A stretch of DNA of 64,000 bases from Octopus bimaculoides (GCF_001194135.2 NC_068998.1:2050658-2114657), one strand, 5' to 3'; positions 36,721-50,167 are shown, counted from the first letter of the stretch. The notes: generated by a model from the sequence alone, not told the origin. Translations and numbers: made by a program.

Positions 36721-37563
36721 CCATGATATTTTCTTGGTATCAGATACAGTGTATCTCTTCTATACCAGAATGGTAATACACCAAATTTGAACCGTCTTGA
36801 GTGTAAACCTGAACTCAACTATAACATGTAACTGACACTTAACTCCAACTGAGAACTCATACAATGACTCTACAACGACTGACACATGATTCTCTGTACT
36901 GGTTGATGTCATCTCACTTTATAGTGGCTGGGTCATACCACTTGTCCTGTGGAAGCAGTGTACCATTTCTAATCCAACAGATATTAAACTCAATGTTTTT
37001 ACGAATGAATTATGTTTCAGAAATTGTCAGCAATGTTCCAAAAACCTGAAGACAGTGAGCTGGCAGAATTGTTAGCAGAATTGTTAGCATGCCAGGCAAA
37101 ATGCTTCGTGGTATTTCGTCCGTCTTTATGTTCTGAGTTCAAGTTCCACTGAGGTTGCCTTTAATCCTTCTTGGGTCAATAAATTAAGTACCAGTTGAGC
37201 ATTGGGAGTTAATATAATTGACTTACCCACTCCTCTGAAATTGCTGGCTTTGCGCAAAAATTTGAAACCACTATTGCTAAAACTTAAAAGCTTGCAATGT
37301 TTAGAGTGGAACAATTTGCAACACCAAAGACGAAATGAGGTCAAGTAGTCAAACAGCTTTTCTGTTGAATTCCTGGACATTATTTTTCATAAAACTGAAG
37401 TGATTCTTAAAATAGATTAGCTCGTGACGATGTGGATTAACGATTATACGGGACATAATGTGTTCACAGACATGATGGTCATTCAAATGACGTAGGACAA
37501 TTTACTGAAAGTGGAAAGTGAAATTTCTTAGGTGAAACTTTTTTTTTTTTACATATTAATAAA

Positions 37564-37899
37564 GACTAGTTTGAAAGGTTTAAGAGTTGATTTGATAAGT
37601 TTGCACAACATTAAAATGGTTGGTGAAGTCCCCATTCTGGCACAGAGGCTGTTATTAATCATCTTTAGGGGTTGAAGGAAATTATTACTGAAGTTCATTC
37701 TACAGAACATGCATAGAATAGTGATGAAACTTGGCTTTTCTGGAAGACATGTCTTGTATGACATATTTGCCAGGAAGAAAAATTGGTTTCAGGCTTTAAA
37801 ACTTCTTGAACTAATCAAATACTTCTTGTGGGAGGAAATACAGCTGGTGACTTGAAATCAAAGTCGTTTCTTACCATTCACTCCCAAAATCCGAGAACT
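37564..37899 (+). mobile_element. Tigger/pogo transposase relic
   Basis: FERFK..LHNIKMVGE..., NSDETWLFWK, EEKLVSGFK, LLVGGNTAGDLK, HSQNPR, with stops and frameshifts. Confidence 0.85.
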
Positions 37900-38384
37900 G
37901 TTCTAAGTTTAATCAACCTAGTTTAATTGATTTTGCCTTTCATCCTTTTGGGGTTGATAAATGAAGTACCAGTTGGGCACTAGGGTCAATGTAATCAACT
38001 TACTCACTTCACATAAAATTGCTGGCTTTGTGCCAAGATTTGAAACCAATGTGTCTTTGGCCAAACTGTATCTATGACTTTACAGGTTTACACCAGCAGA
38101 AATTTTTCATCAAGTTCAGCAGGATATTCTGACAATGGCAAATGATGAGTGCTGTGGACTGAAAGAGAAATTCTCCCTATATTTTATTTTTTGAATCACA
38201 AGTACTTGATTTTTTTCTTTTCTTAAAGGGGAACATTACTATTTTATTCAAAATAAAATATTAATCTTTATCATCTTAAATCAAAAGGCAGAAAAACAGA
38301 GAGAGAGAGAGAGAGAGACTCTTTCTAGACAAAGATCAGTTGCAATGGGAGGAGTTGAATCTCATAAGAATGGAAAAACAAACA

Positions 38385-38891
38385 AACAACAAATGGGTTG
38401 TAGTTTATAATGAAACTGCAAATGCCACTGCAATGTTGAAATCATTGCCTCAGTGAGGTCAATTAAGTACATGATGAAGTACTCACTGAAAGGAAATGAC
38501 CAAGCTGCTTTTCAAAGAAACAATGATAATGAAATTAGTTAATATCTAATGGTTAGGTATATTGGACCATCTGAAGCAGTTGCATCCATTTTAGGATTTG
38601 CAATAATGAGACTGCAAGTTCATCTACCAGATGAACAAAGAATATTGCTCAGAAATTATGGGGGATATATATGGCTGTCAATGAATGACATATGAGAAGA
38701 ACATTGACAGAATTCTTTCCATTGTGCATCAATGATGACTTAGCAAAAATATTACTTTATGCCAAAGTAGTAACAAAGAATGGCAAAAAAGAGAGTGGGT
38801 GGGGGGAGAAGGAACTCTCGGTCATGTTTATATTGTCACACCAAAGGCAGAAGAACTGTATTATTTAAGTATTTTATTGCATGAAGTTCGA
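38385..38891 (+). mobile_element. Helitron RepHel relic
   Basis: NKWVVVYN, CHCNVEIIASVRSIKYMMKYSLKGND, RYIGPSEA, RLQVHLPDEQ, TLTEFF and LGHVYIVTP..EELYYLSILLHEVR match conserved Helitron Rep/post-Rep motifs. Confidence 0.88.
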
Positions 38892-39384
38892 AATAACATC
38901 AACATTTTCAACTTGGAGTGGTTGTCACCCAATGGGTCACAGTGGGTACATAAGACTATGCTCAATGTAATTGCCATATTTCCTGCAACAAACTCCCTAA
39001 TGTCTACCAATAGGGATCACTTGAATTGGTGAGGGAATTTCTGTGGAGTCTTGATTGTGGTCAATGTAGCAGTTAACAAACTCGAATACAGCGTTTCGAA
39101 AAGAAGAGACATCTTGTGTCTGTGAATGAGCGTCAACGGAGTCCCAAGAACAGCTTGAGAAAGCAGTTACTTCTCCCTCAAATCTACAACTGTCCTTTGA
39201 TTGTGAACCACGGGTTTTCTTTTATTTGTAAATATCGGTAGAAATTGGACTGACCTCACATGATCAGATATTGGACAGTCACAAAAGAAATGTCGTCAAT
39301 CAAATGTTTCCTTCGATCAGCTTCAAATGTGACTGACGTCATTTCAGTCTAAGCTGATTATAGACTCGACACCCGCATAGACAT

Positions 39385-39662
39385 CACCATCATCATCATC
39401 ATCATCATCATCATCATTGCTGTCGTCGTTGTCATCATCATCATCATTGTCTTCATTGCTTTTGTAATAGTCAACTACTACTACTACTACTACTACTGCT
39501 ACTGCTACTACTACTACTGCTGCTGCTGCTTTTGTTGCTGCTGCTTTTGCTGCTGCTACTGCTGCCAGCACCACCCATAGCCACCAGCAGCACCACCACT
39601 GTCACCGCTGCCACGTTTACCACTACCATCACCACTGCTGCTACTACTACTTCTGCTGCTGC
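39385..39662. repeat. Mosaic trinucleotide repeat (CAT)n-(CTA)n-(CTG)n-(CAC)n
   Basis: Read directly from the sequence. Confidence 0.9.
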
Positions 39663-40764
39663 TGTGCCAAAATCTATAACAGGATCTCTATCAGAAAGTT
39701 TTTCAAGAATGAACGCCACTTGTTTAGAAGCAGGATAAAGGATAAAATAAAGTTTATTTGGTAGTAGGAGAGAGAGAGAGAGAGAGAGAGAGAGTGAGAG
39801 AGAGAGAAAAAAAGAGAGGGGGGAGAGAAAGAGAGAGTTTTGTGAATGGTTGTTTCAAAGCACAGAATTGTGGAGGCGTTTTTGGAAGAAGACCACAGAC
39901 ACAAATGACTTGTTTATGATATTTTTTTTACCAAGAACTGTGTTGGCATGAATTTTTTTTTTTGTCAAAGAAAGCTTTAATTGTGTTGCAAGATTGACTT
40001 CAGTGAAAATAGTTCTACTATATTTGAGTGGAATGGCAAAACTGGAGCAACACTTTGAATAAGATTTTGATATCAGTGAGGGGAGGGGAGGGATATTAGG
40101 GAGAAAATATCTTCTTAAAGAAGACTTTGTGAGAATCAAGGTTTCTCTAATGTAGAATGGCCAACAGACTTGGTCATTCCAAGACTCTTTCATTTTCTTT
40201 TTCAAAATGCAGTCAGTTCTTTATTTATCAATCTATAACATAATGGTTAAGTGAGGGACAATGATTTATGGACTTGACAAGAGTGACAGATCAAAATTTT
40301 GTGAAATTGACAGGAATGATGAATTACGATTTGTAGACTTGACAAGAAAGGGTTGGATCGATGGTTTGTGGTCAGCTCTACCATCATGAAAATGTTGTTA
40401 CTTTGTTACTTGGAGCCTGTCTGAAATACCCAGGAAGTGACCAAACAGATCCTTAAGATGGGTGTCCAGCAATGAAAACCATACCAAAGGTAACACCGCA
40501 GCTCAACATGTGACTTGCCAGATTTTCTCAAACTGTTCTTTAACCGATGCCAGGGTGGAAAACGGACATTAAATGATGAAGATGATGATGACGACGATGA
40601 CAACGACAACTATGATACATCCTGTGCTCCCTACTATTTGCTTTCTATGAAGGAACACATAGTTCTGTGACATGTCAAAGAAGTCAGAAACTCCAAATAA
40701 GAACTGACTTGGAGATCAGCAACAACTAGTCTGACCTATTCTAATATGGAAAAGGGTCATGAAA

Positions 40765-40770
40765 CGATGA

Positions 40771-40804
<34 letters not shown>

Positions 40805-41035
40805 CATCGTCATGATGGTGATGACAACAATGTCTATGACAACAATGATGATGATGATTATGATAATGACAATAATGTCTATGACGATGATAATGATGTT
40901 CATGATGATGATGATGATGGTGATGGTGATGATGATGATGATGATGATGGTGTTGGTGTTAGTGATGATGGTGCTGACGACAATGACAATAACAACGACA
41001 GTGATGATGATGATGACAATGATGACAATAACGGC
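40765..41035. repeat. Degenerate (GAT/GAC/GGT)n trinucleotide tract
   Basis: Read directly; explains the poly-Met ORF. Confidence 0.9.
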
Positions 41036-42039
41036 AGTACTAGACAAAGATAACTTAAAACTAGGAAATTACCACTTGCAAATTCCAAATAAAAAAAAAG
41101 CCATTTCTCTGCAGTGAAGTGGAAGAGAAATAACAAGCAGGAAACGTCGATCCTTCTTCAGTTATTTCAATCCGTCAGTTTGTTCCTGTTGTCGCTGTTG
41201 TTGTATAGATTTGGTTGGCTCTGATCAAATTGATCAATAGTGGTGGGGGTGGGCAGGAGGTCAACTCAAAGATCCTAATTTCCCTGGTAAAGCCCGGCTG
41301 ATGACCTGATCCGGTCTGGCTTGGGCCGGATCACACAATTATTACATCAGACACAACTCCATTGTGTATGGCAGAAGAGGACAATCCAAGTCAAAGAGGC
41401 CAACACCTGGTAACTAACCCCATTGAATGTTTCGTATCTTTTATCAGTATACTGTGGCCATGCTGGGGTACCACTGCCTTGAAGAGTTTTTAGTCGAATG
41501 AGTGGACCCCAGAACTTTCTCTTTTAAGACTGGTACTTATTGCATCAGTTATTTTTTGTTGAACTGCTAAGTTACAGGGATGTAAACAAACCAACACTGG
41601 TTCTCATGTGTACAGTGGTTGGTAGAGGAAACACACAAACACACACACGCACACATGCACACACGCACACATACACTCACACACACACACGCACATATGT
41701 ACAATGGGCTTCTTTCAGTTTCCATCGAAACGTGTATTGTGAGATACAAATAAGATAACAATCTGTTTTCAAATACACAAACACTGATAGAACAGCAGAG
41801 ACAGGATAAAATGTCCATACAAAGTGGAAAAATATGTCAGAAACCAGCCATGAGTTCAAATTTACAGAAGACAAAAGATGAAGACAGGTGTAAGAACACC
41901 AAGCAGGTGTATTAGTTTAACGCTCAGGAAGAATGGAAAAGTGTTTTATGTTTTGAGCCTATGCTCTTCAACAGAAAGGATTAAGAGGTAAAACAATGGA
42001 GAGAGAATGGTTTATATACATCTGGTTATTTATCATAGG

Positions 42040-42300
42040 CTTACAACTGTTTCAGATATATTTTGAGTGCATTTAAGGTTCAATATTACCAACTGAGCAA
42101 CTGAAAATATGGGGAACCATTCTTAACTTACTCAGAGCTAATTGCTCATATTCATATGAGGCATATGGATGATCTGTCCAGACCAGCGGAGACTATGTCA
42201 TGCCATGGTAACTTCAATGTTGGGCAGTTCGGCCGTGAGCAAAACCTCTTCATTGGTAATATAGTTCTTCCATGAGATAAATGCAAATTTACTTCGATTT
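42040..42300 (-). mobile_element. RTE/BovB-like LINE C-terminal relic
   Basis: ISWKNYITNEEVLLTAELPNIEVTMA*HSLRWSGQIIHMP matches the RTE W.D.ITNEEVL..A.LPSI.....RLRW.GH..RMP motif. Confidence 0.8.
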
Positions 42301-42418
42301 GATAAATGGAAACAGCTGCAAATGGTTCTGAACTACAATTAAACTATGACCTTTTAATACCAATGATCAACTTCTCATTGTTATCTATTGCTCCATTTCT
42401 TTTCTTTTCTATACACAT

Positions 42419-42449
<31 letters not shown>

Positions 42450-43284
42450 AACATATATATATATATGTACATATATATGTATATTCATGTATATACACAC
42501 ATATATATATGTATATATATATGTATATATATGTGTGTGTGTGTCTGTGCTTTTGTTTATTTGCTTTCTTATTATTTTGACGTGGAGTTTTCAATAAAAC
42601 ATCAATAAAATAAAATATTTGAATAAAAAAATCATATTCTTTAAAAAATAGAAATAAAAATTAACAAGGAGTCATGAATGAGACAAAAAAATGTGGAGGA
42701 AATACAAAATTATAAAAAAAAACACAAAGAACTAAAACAAANNNNNNNNNNNNNNNNNNNNNNNNNNNNNNNNNNNNNNNNNNNNNNNNNNNNNNNNNNN
42801 NNNNNNNNNNNNNNNNNNNNNNNNNNNNNNNNNNNNNNNNNNNNNNNNNNNNNNNNNNNNNNNNNNNNNNNNNNNNNNNNNNNNNNNNNNNNNNNNNNNN
42901 NNNNNNNNNNNNNNNNNNNNNNNNNNNNNNNNNNNNNNNNNNNNNNNNNNNNNNNNNNNNNNNNNNNNNNNNNNNNNNNNNNNNNNNNNNNNNNNNNNNN
43001 NNNNNNNNNNNNNNNNNNNNNNNNNNNNNNNNNNNNNATATAATATATATATATATATATGATGATGATGATGATGATATATATATATATATATATATAT
43101 ATATGGTGAGTGGATTGATGGCAAAGAAAGAGAAATAAGTATTTCTTTTATTGAATATTCTACAAGTGAGTAGAACATTCCAGAATTTCAGTTGCTGATG
43201 GTAAATGGATAAATATAGTTTAATCAGTGTTTTATTCACTAAAACTTTATTCAATGGATCAACAGTTGATTGATGGGACAGCAA

Positions 43285-43690
43285 GGAATATGATGGAGAA
43301 GAAGAAGAAGAAGAAAGAGAAGAAAGAGGGAAAGAAGAAGAAAAAGAAGAAGAAGAAGAAGAAGAAGAAGAAGAAGAAGAAGAAGAAGAAGAAGAAGAAG
43401 AAGAAAAGAGAAAAGAGAAGCAAAAGACGAAAGCATAGAAAGAGGGAAAGAAGGTGAAGATGGTGAAGAAGGAGGGAAGGAGGAAGAAAAAGAAAGAAAA
43501 AAGGTGAACAAGAAAGGGAAAAGAAGAAGAAAAAGACAAAAAAAGGAAAAAGAAGAAGAAGAAGAAAGGGAAAAAGAAGGTAAAGAATAAGAAGAGGGAG
43601 GAGGAGGTGGGGAAGAGGAGGAAAAAGAATGATAAGAAGGTGAGGAAGAAAGAGAAAAAGAAGAAGAAGAAGGATTGTACGAAGACAGAC
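43285..43690. repeat. (GAA)n and GA-rich low-complexity tract
   Basis: Read directly from the sequence. Confidence 0.9.
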
Positions 43691-44013
43691 AATTGGTACG
43701 AAGAGGTTGCATGCTTAGAGACCAGCATTTTGCCTGAATAGCTTCTGTTGGGTTCCTTCCTCTTGTAGCAATGCTACTTAATTTTAAAAAGCTTTATGCT
43801 AGTATGGTTCATTATAAAACTTTGTGTCATCCTCCTCGGCCCAACAAAGCTTCTTCTTTCTTCTCCCGATTCAATGTTACTTCTGCTGATGATGGGTGAC
43901 ACAGGCAGATGTTAATAATTTGGTGAACTTTATTAGTGAAAAAATGTGCCATAATAACGATAAAGTATTTATCTGCTGATTCCATTTATTAAACAGATTC
44001 AATTGCTGGAGTT

Positions 44014-44062
<49 letters not shown>

Positions 44063-45299
44063 ATGATTTGAGACAACTTATCACTCTTTCATTGACTTCA
44101 TGATGAAGTAAAAAGAAAATAAAAGAAAATGTGGAAAAAGAAAATGGCCATTGTGATATAGATATCTCTTACAACAAGAAACTTTGTGAAATAGCTGTAA
44201 TCAGCAACATTGAAAACTAACGTTGGAGACTTAGTTTGCTCGAAGCTAACATCCCTTACAATGGCTGTCACCAAGATGAGTTAGAAAAAAAAAAAAAAAC
44301 GGAAGAATGATGGAAATTTCTAACATTGGTACCAAGGCCGCAGACTTTGAGAGAGGGTATGGTTAATTAAATAGACCCCAGTACATGACTGGTACACATG
44401 TGTATGGCCTAGTATGAGGGCGTTGCATTCATGATTGCAAGAATGTGTTTTTGATTCCAGCACTGGGCAATATGTTGTGCTCTCGAGCACAACGCCTTTG
44501 TTTCATGTTGCTTCAGTTTACTCAGCCGTGAAGAGGATCCCTGGGATAGACCAGTGTCTCGTTCAGAGGGGATGCTGTAATTTTTGGTCATCTATACAAC
44601 AACTTTGGTAGACAGAATCTGAAACAAACCTGTCTTGTGGCAGATCCCAGTGTCACGCAAATGGCCCCTGTGCTGGTGGTATGTAAAAGCACCCATTACA
44701 CTCTTGGAGTGGTTGGCGTTAGGAAGGGCATCCGGGACATTGAAAGCCATGCCAAATCAGACTGGAGTTTGGTGCAGCCTTCCAGTTTACCAGCCCTGGT
44801 CAAACTGTCCAACCCATGCCAGCATGGACAATGGACGTTAAACGATGATGATGATGATGCTGTGTGTATATGTGTGTTTGTGTGTGTGTGTGTACCCTTA
44901 CCTTGACATCATGTAAAGATTGTAAACAATTTTTTTTTTGCTTCAAACATCAAATTAATAAAGACAAAGAAATTTTACAGAATGCTTCATTATTTTTGCA
45001 ATTAATTGAAACAAAGGCAGTGCATTTTGGCAGAAAAAATGGTAACGAAAGCATTAAAGTGATCTAACTTAGTGTATTACTGGTACTTAATTGATACCAG
45101 TGGATTCTGGTTTGACTTGAATCAAGAACAAGCAGGCACTGAACAAAATTTCATTTACTACTGTTTCATAAAAACTGAATGATTTTTTACATAAAGAAAA
45201 AACAACAAAAACACTCAGGTTAATTGCTCAGTGATGCCATCAGCATGAAAATCAACAGTTAAGTAGGGGTGACGATATTTAATGCTGAGTGTACAAAAA

Positions 45300-46016
45300 A
45301 AAAAATCTAATTAGGAATACTAATGAGGTGAGTAGAAGAGAGAGGATTAGCTTAATGACTAATATTGTTTTAATTATAAAGGAGATTATTTTAAGGAGAA
45401 TGAAAAGGGAGAAGGAAGGAAGAAAGAAAGATAGTAAAGAAAAAAGGAAGAAATGAACAGAGAAAAAAGACTGAAAGATGGAAGGAACGAAAGAGAGATA
45501 AAAGAAGAAAAAATAATGAAAGAAAGAAAGAAAGAAAGAAATAAGTAGGAGAATAAGGATTAAGAAGGAATATTGTAGGAAGGAAATAATGAAAGAAGAA
45601 TAGATGAAATAGAAAAAGGAAAAGAACGAGACAAAGAAGGAAGAAAAAAAACGAATGAAAGATAAAGAGAAGAAAGGAAAAGGAATAAACGAGAGAGAGG
45701 GAGAGGGGGGGGGAGAGAGAGGATGAATAAGAGAAGGCAAAATGAAAGAGAGAAATAATGAAGAAAAAAGTGATGAAGAACAAATAAAAAAAGAAAAGGT
45801 ATTTTATGGAAAAGGAAGAAAGAAGGAATAAACGAACGAAAGAGAAAGAAAAAAGGAAAAAGTAAATGAAAGAGAGACAGAGAAGTCATGCTGAAGAAAG
45901 GAAATAATGAAGAAAGAGGCAGGGAAGAAGAAATAAAGAATGAAAGAATAGGTGTGATAAAGAAGAGAAAGAAAAAGGAACGAGCGAACGAAAGCGCGAA
46001 GAAAAATGAAGGGAAT

Positions 46017-46061
<45 letters not shown>

Positions 46062-46201
46062 NNNNNNNNNNNNNNNNNNNNNNNNNNNNNNNNNNNNNNN
46101 NNNNNNNNNNNNNNNNNNNNNNNNNNNNNNNNNNNNNNNNNNNNNNNNNNNNNNNNNNNNNNNNNNNNNNNNNNNNNNNNNNNNNNNNNNNNNNNNNNNN
46201 N

Positions 46202-46247
<46 letters not shown>

Positions 46248-47400
46248 GTATATATATATAAATGTATATATGTATATATATGTATATATATGTGTGAATG
46301 TGTGTGTATGTGTGTTCGTCTCATTTTTACCGTTTTACTCTCTCTCTCTCTCTTTCTTTTCTTGCTCTCTCTCTCTCTCACACATATACACTCACGCACG
46401 CGCGCACTCACTCACTGTCTTTCCTCTTCGTTTCATCCACTCCTTCACTTATCCATTTCCTCTTACTCTTTCACTACCATCTCTCTCCTCCCCTTCCTCC
46501 TCTTACTCAACAATCTGCATCCCTCGCCCTCTCTTTCTAAACCACTTCCACCCTCACCTTACATTTCTCTTTCTTTCTCTTCCCCGAACTTTATTTACTT
46601 CACACTTTTCCCCTCTCTCACATACACGGTATACCTCTCTCTCTTACTCTTTCTTGTCTTTCTGTCAACCACTTTCTCTCTTTCACATGCATATTACATG
46701 CTCTCTTATTCTTCCTTTCTGTCCATCCCTGTCTTCCTCTCTCACTTTCATGTTACATTCTCTCTTACCTTGTCTATTCCTCTACCCCCACTCTCATATT
46801 TGCCCTACACTTCCTTACGTTTTCCTTTCTTTCTCTCCATTATTCTTCCCCTCCCGTCTCTAATTCTTCCTTACCCTCACTCTTTCCGTCTATCGATCTT
46901 CCCCTCTCTTTCACATTTACATTATCCACTTTCTCTCTATCAATCTTCCCTCTCCCCTCCTCACATTCAGAATATTCTTTCTCTTTTTCTGTCTATACTT
47001 CTTCTCCCTCTCTCTTTTTCTTTTCTGTCTGTCCGTCATTACTCCTCTCCCTCTCTTACATACATACCACTCAGCTCTTAGCCTTACTCTCTCTCTCTCT
47101 CTCTTATAAATATATATATATATATATATATANNNNNNNNNNNNNNNNNNNNNNNNNNNNNNNNNNNNNNNNNNNNNNNNNNNNNNNNNNNNNNNNNNNN
47201 NNNNNNNNNNNNNNNNNNNNNNNNNNNNNNNNNNNNNNNNNNNNNNNNNNNNNNNNNTATATCGCTCTCCTCTCACTCTTCTGCATTCACACTGCTCACT
47301 CACTCTTCAGTCCATCTTTCACAATCACACTGCACCCCCCACTCATACTTCTTCATCACATTCCTCCTCTTCTCTCCCCCTCTCTCTATATATGATTCAC
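45300..47400. repeat. Purine-rich (about 45300-46061) then pyrimidine-rich (about 46320-47400) low-complexity domain
   Basis: Read directly; two N gaps inside. Confidence 0.85.
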
Positions 47401-48684
47401 TTCGTCTCGCACCTTCTCCAAATTCAGAACGTCCCTTTAAACTGGAAGGAACACAGCTTCAAACATTTCTAAGTCTGAGGAGAAAATTAAAAAAAAAAGG
47501 CCAAACCAATAACAACAACAGGAACAACTAAATTTAAAAACAGAAACCAAACTTTATCATTATTCCTCCCACTTCAAACATCTTTCTGAAATAATTAATT
47601 ACATGAGTGTTTGTTTTAATTAAGAAACTGGATTTCTTTCACAATACAAATTAAAACTAGCGAGGTAAGTGTAGTTTTTATTCAAGTTATTGTTGTCGTT
47701 TGAAGTCAATTATCATAGATTTCCGTGCATGTTTTATTTTTAAAAAATCAATCGATTGCATCACCTTTGACCCGCCACTTTTGCAATTTGTCCTTGTAAT
47801 GTTCTCTTGGCTGTCACCCTTGTGGCAAATAAATGATTTTAATAAAAGAAAAAAAAATCCTTGTTATTATTTTGGCAAGACCAGTGGCCGAGAAGTGAGG
47901 GAATCGTTTCAATGACGGTGTTTATTATATATCGATCCCCAACTTTGTAACCGCTCTCACAGTATGTTCTATAGTTTCGCTGTGGTGTGTGTGTGCGGGT
48001 GTATATACGCGTGTGTATGTATGTATATATATATATATATATAGATATAGATATAGATAGAGAGAGAGAGAGAGCAATATATGTGTGTGTGTTCACCTCA
48101 ATATGTTTTGGTCGTAGGCTTGTCATTACACCGCTGTACCAGTTTCAAAAACTCCACTTAACTTATATCTATAGTATGTATAACTTACATTCACGCACTC
48201 TCTCTCTCACACGCACGCACACTCACACTCATACGCACGCGCGCGTGTAAGTATGTCTGTCTTTATTTGTATACTTTTCCCAAGTTTTTTTCTTTGATTC
48301 ACGTTCTATAATTGTGTGGGTTCGTGTCACATTTTTTAAACAACGACTTTAAACTGTTTCCTTGTCTTTCTTATACGCACGTACACACCCACGCGCGCGC
48401 ATACATACAATACATACATACAAACATACAAGCGAGTGTTCCAGCATGGCCTTAGTCACAATAGTTAAAACAAAACTCAAATACGTTACCACGTGTGTCT
48501 ATGTATGTATGTACATATGTGTGTCTGTGTAAGTATATATATTATACATATATATGTATATATACACATATATATATGTCCATACACATTTTCTTGTGAT
48601 GACAATCGTTCTATAAGTGTCATAAATACACTCGTATAAAACACAACCTTCCATCCAGTAACCGCTCTTCAACATACACACACG

Positions 48685-48719
<35 letters not shown>

Positions 48720-48729
48720 NNNNNNNNNN

Positions 48730-48771
<42 letters not shown>

Positions 48772-49080
48772 ATGGTGTTCAAGTAACGCTCGCACATCGA
48801 ACGGTCATTGTCCGTTCTATTATTATCAGCCAGCAATGTCATGTCAACATTGGTTTCTCTTGTCTTTACTTCTTCGTATTTCTCTATTGTTTACAATGGT
48901 CACTCTACCTAGGATGCTGTTGAACACACACACACATGCATGTATATATTAACTCAGAGATTTAGCAGAAGCCACAGAGTGACTCAGGCGCCAAGAGTTT
49001 CGTGCGTTAGCACTTATGAAACTAGTTAGCGCCAAACGTCACCAAGCCTATATATATATATATATATAGGTAATCTTCAA

Positions 49081-49111
<31 letters not shown>

Positions 49112-49916
49112 CACTCACATATATGTATGTGAGTGTATGTATGTGTGTGTATGTATGTATATATGTGTGTGTATGTATGTATATATGTGTATGTGTTTAT
49201 GTATATAAATGTATGTATATATATAAATGTACGTATGTATATGTATATATATTTTTTATTATTTTTTTTTATTTATGTGTTTCAGCCAAGTGGCTGCGGT
49301 CATGCTGGTGCACCACCGTNNNNNNNNNNNNNNNNNNNNNNNNNNNNNNNNNNNNNNNNNNNNNNNNNNNNNNNNNNNNNNNNNNNNNNNNNNNNNNNNN
49401 NNNNNNNNNNNNNNNNNNNNNNNNNNNNNNNNNNNNNNNNNNNNNNNNNNNNNNNNNNNNNNNNNNNNNNNNNNNNNNNNNNNNNNNNNNNNNNNNNNNN
49501 NNNNNNNNNNNNNNNNNNNNNNNNNNNNNNNNNNNNNNNNNNNNNNNNNNNNNNNNNNNNNNNNNNNNNNNNNNNNNNNNNNNNNNNNNNNNNNNNNNNN
49601 NNNNNNNNNNNNNNNNNNNNNNNNNNNNNNNNNNNNNNNNNNNNNNNNNNNNNNNNNNNNNNNNNNNNNNNNNNNNNNNNNNNNNNNNNNNNNNNNNNNN
49701 NNNNNNNNNNNNNNNNNNNNNNNNNNNNNNNNNNNNNNNNNNNNNNNNNNNNNNNNNNNNNNNNNNNNNNNNNNNNNNNNNNNNNNNNNNNNNNNNNNNN
49801 NNNNNNNNNNNNNNNNNNNNNNNNNNNNNNNNNNNNNNNNNNNNNNNNNNNNNNNNNNNNNNNNNNNNNNNNNNNNNNNNNNNNNNNNNNNNNNNNNNNN
49901 NNNNNNNNNNNNNNNN

Positions 49917-50167
49917 CTCTCCCGCCTGCGCTCCAGGGAGTAGAGACCTAGTGCCTTCAGTCGCTCCCTGTAGTTCATCTGTTGGACTGTGGCGATCTTT
50001 TTTGTATAGTGCCGCTGAATTGCCTCGAGTTCTGCTGTCCGCTTAACACTGTGTCGTGACCACAACTGAGAGCAATAGTCTAGGCGGCTCAGAACAAATG
50101 TCTTCCATAGAATCAACATGACTTTTTGATCCCTTGTACGGAAAGTCCTCAGTATCCACCCCGCCAT
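49917..50167 (-). mobile_element. CR1/L2-group LINE post-RT relic
   Basis: GWILRTFRTRDQKVMLILWKTFVLSRLDYCSQLWS....LEAIQRHYTKKI.....NYRERLKALGLYSLERRRE; cut off by an N gap. Confidence 0.9.

Noticed and set aside
40746-41117. Met-rich 123-aa ORF
   Set aside because: Translation of a (GAT)n tract; lacks reflectin or any other recognisable motif.
41141-41161. GAAACGTC next to antisense CTGAAGA
   Set aside because: The two core halves are on opposite strands, so no hammerhead can form; at most a rearranged relic.
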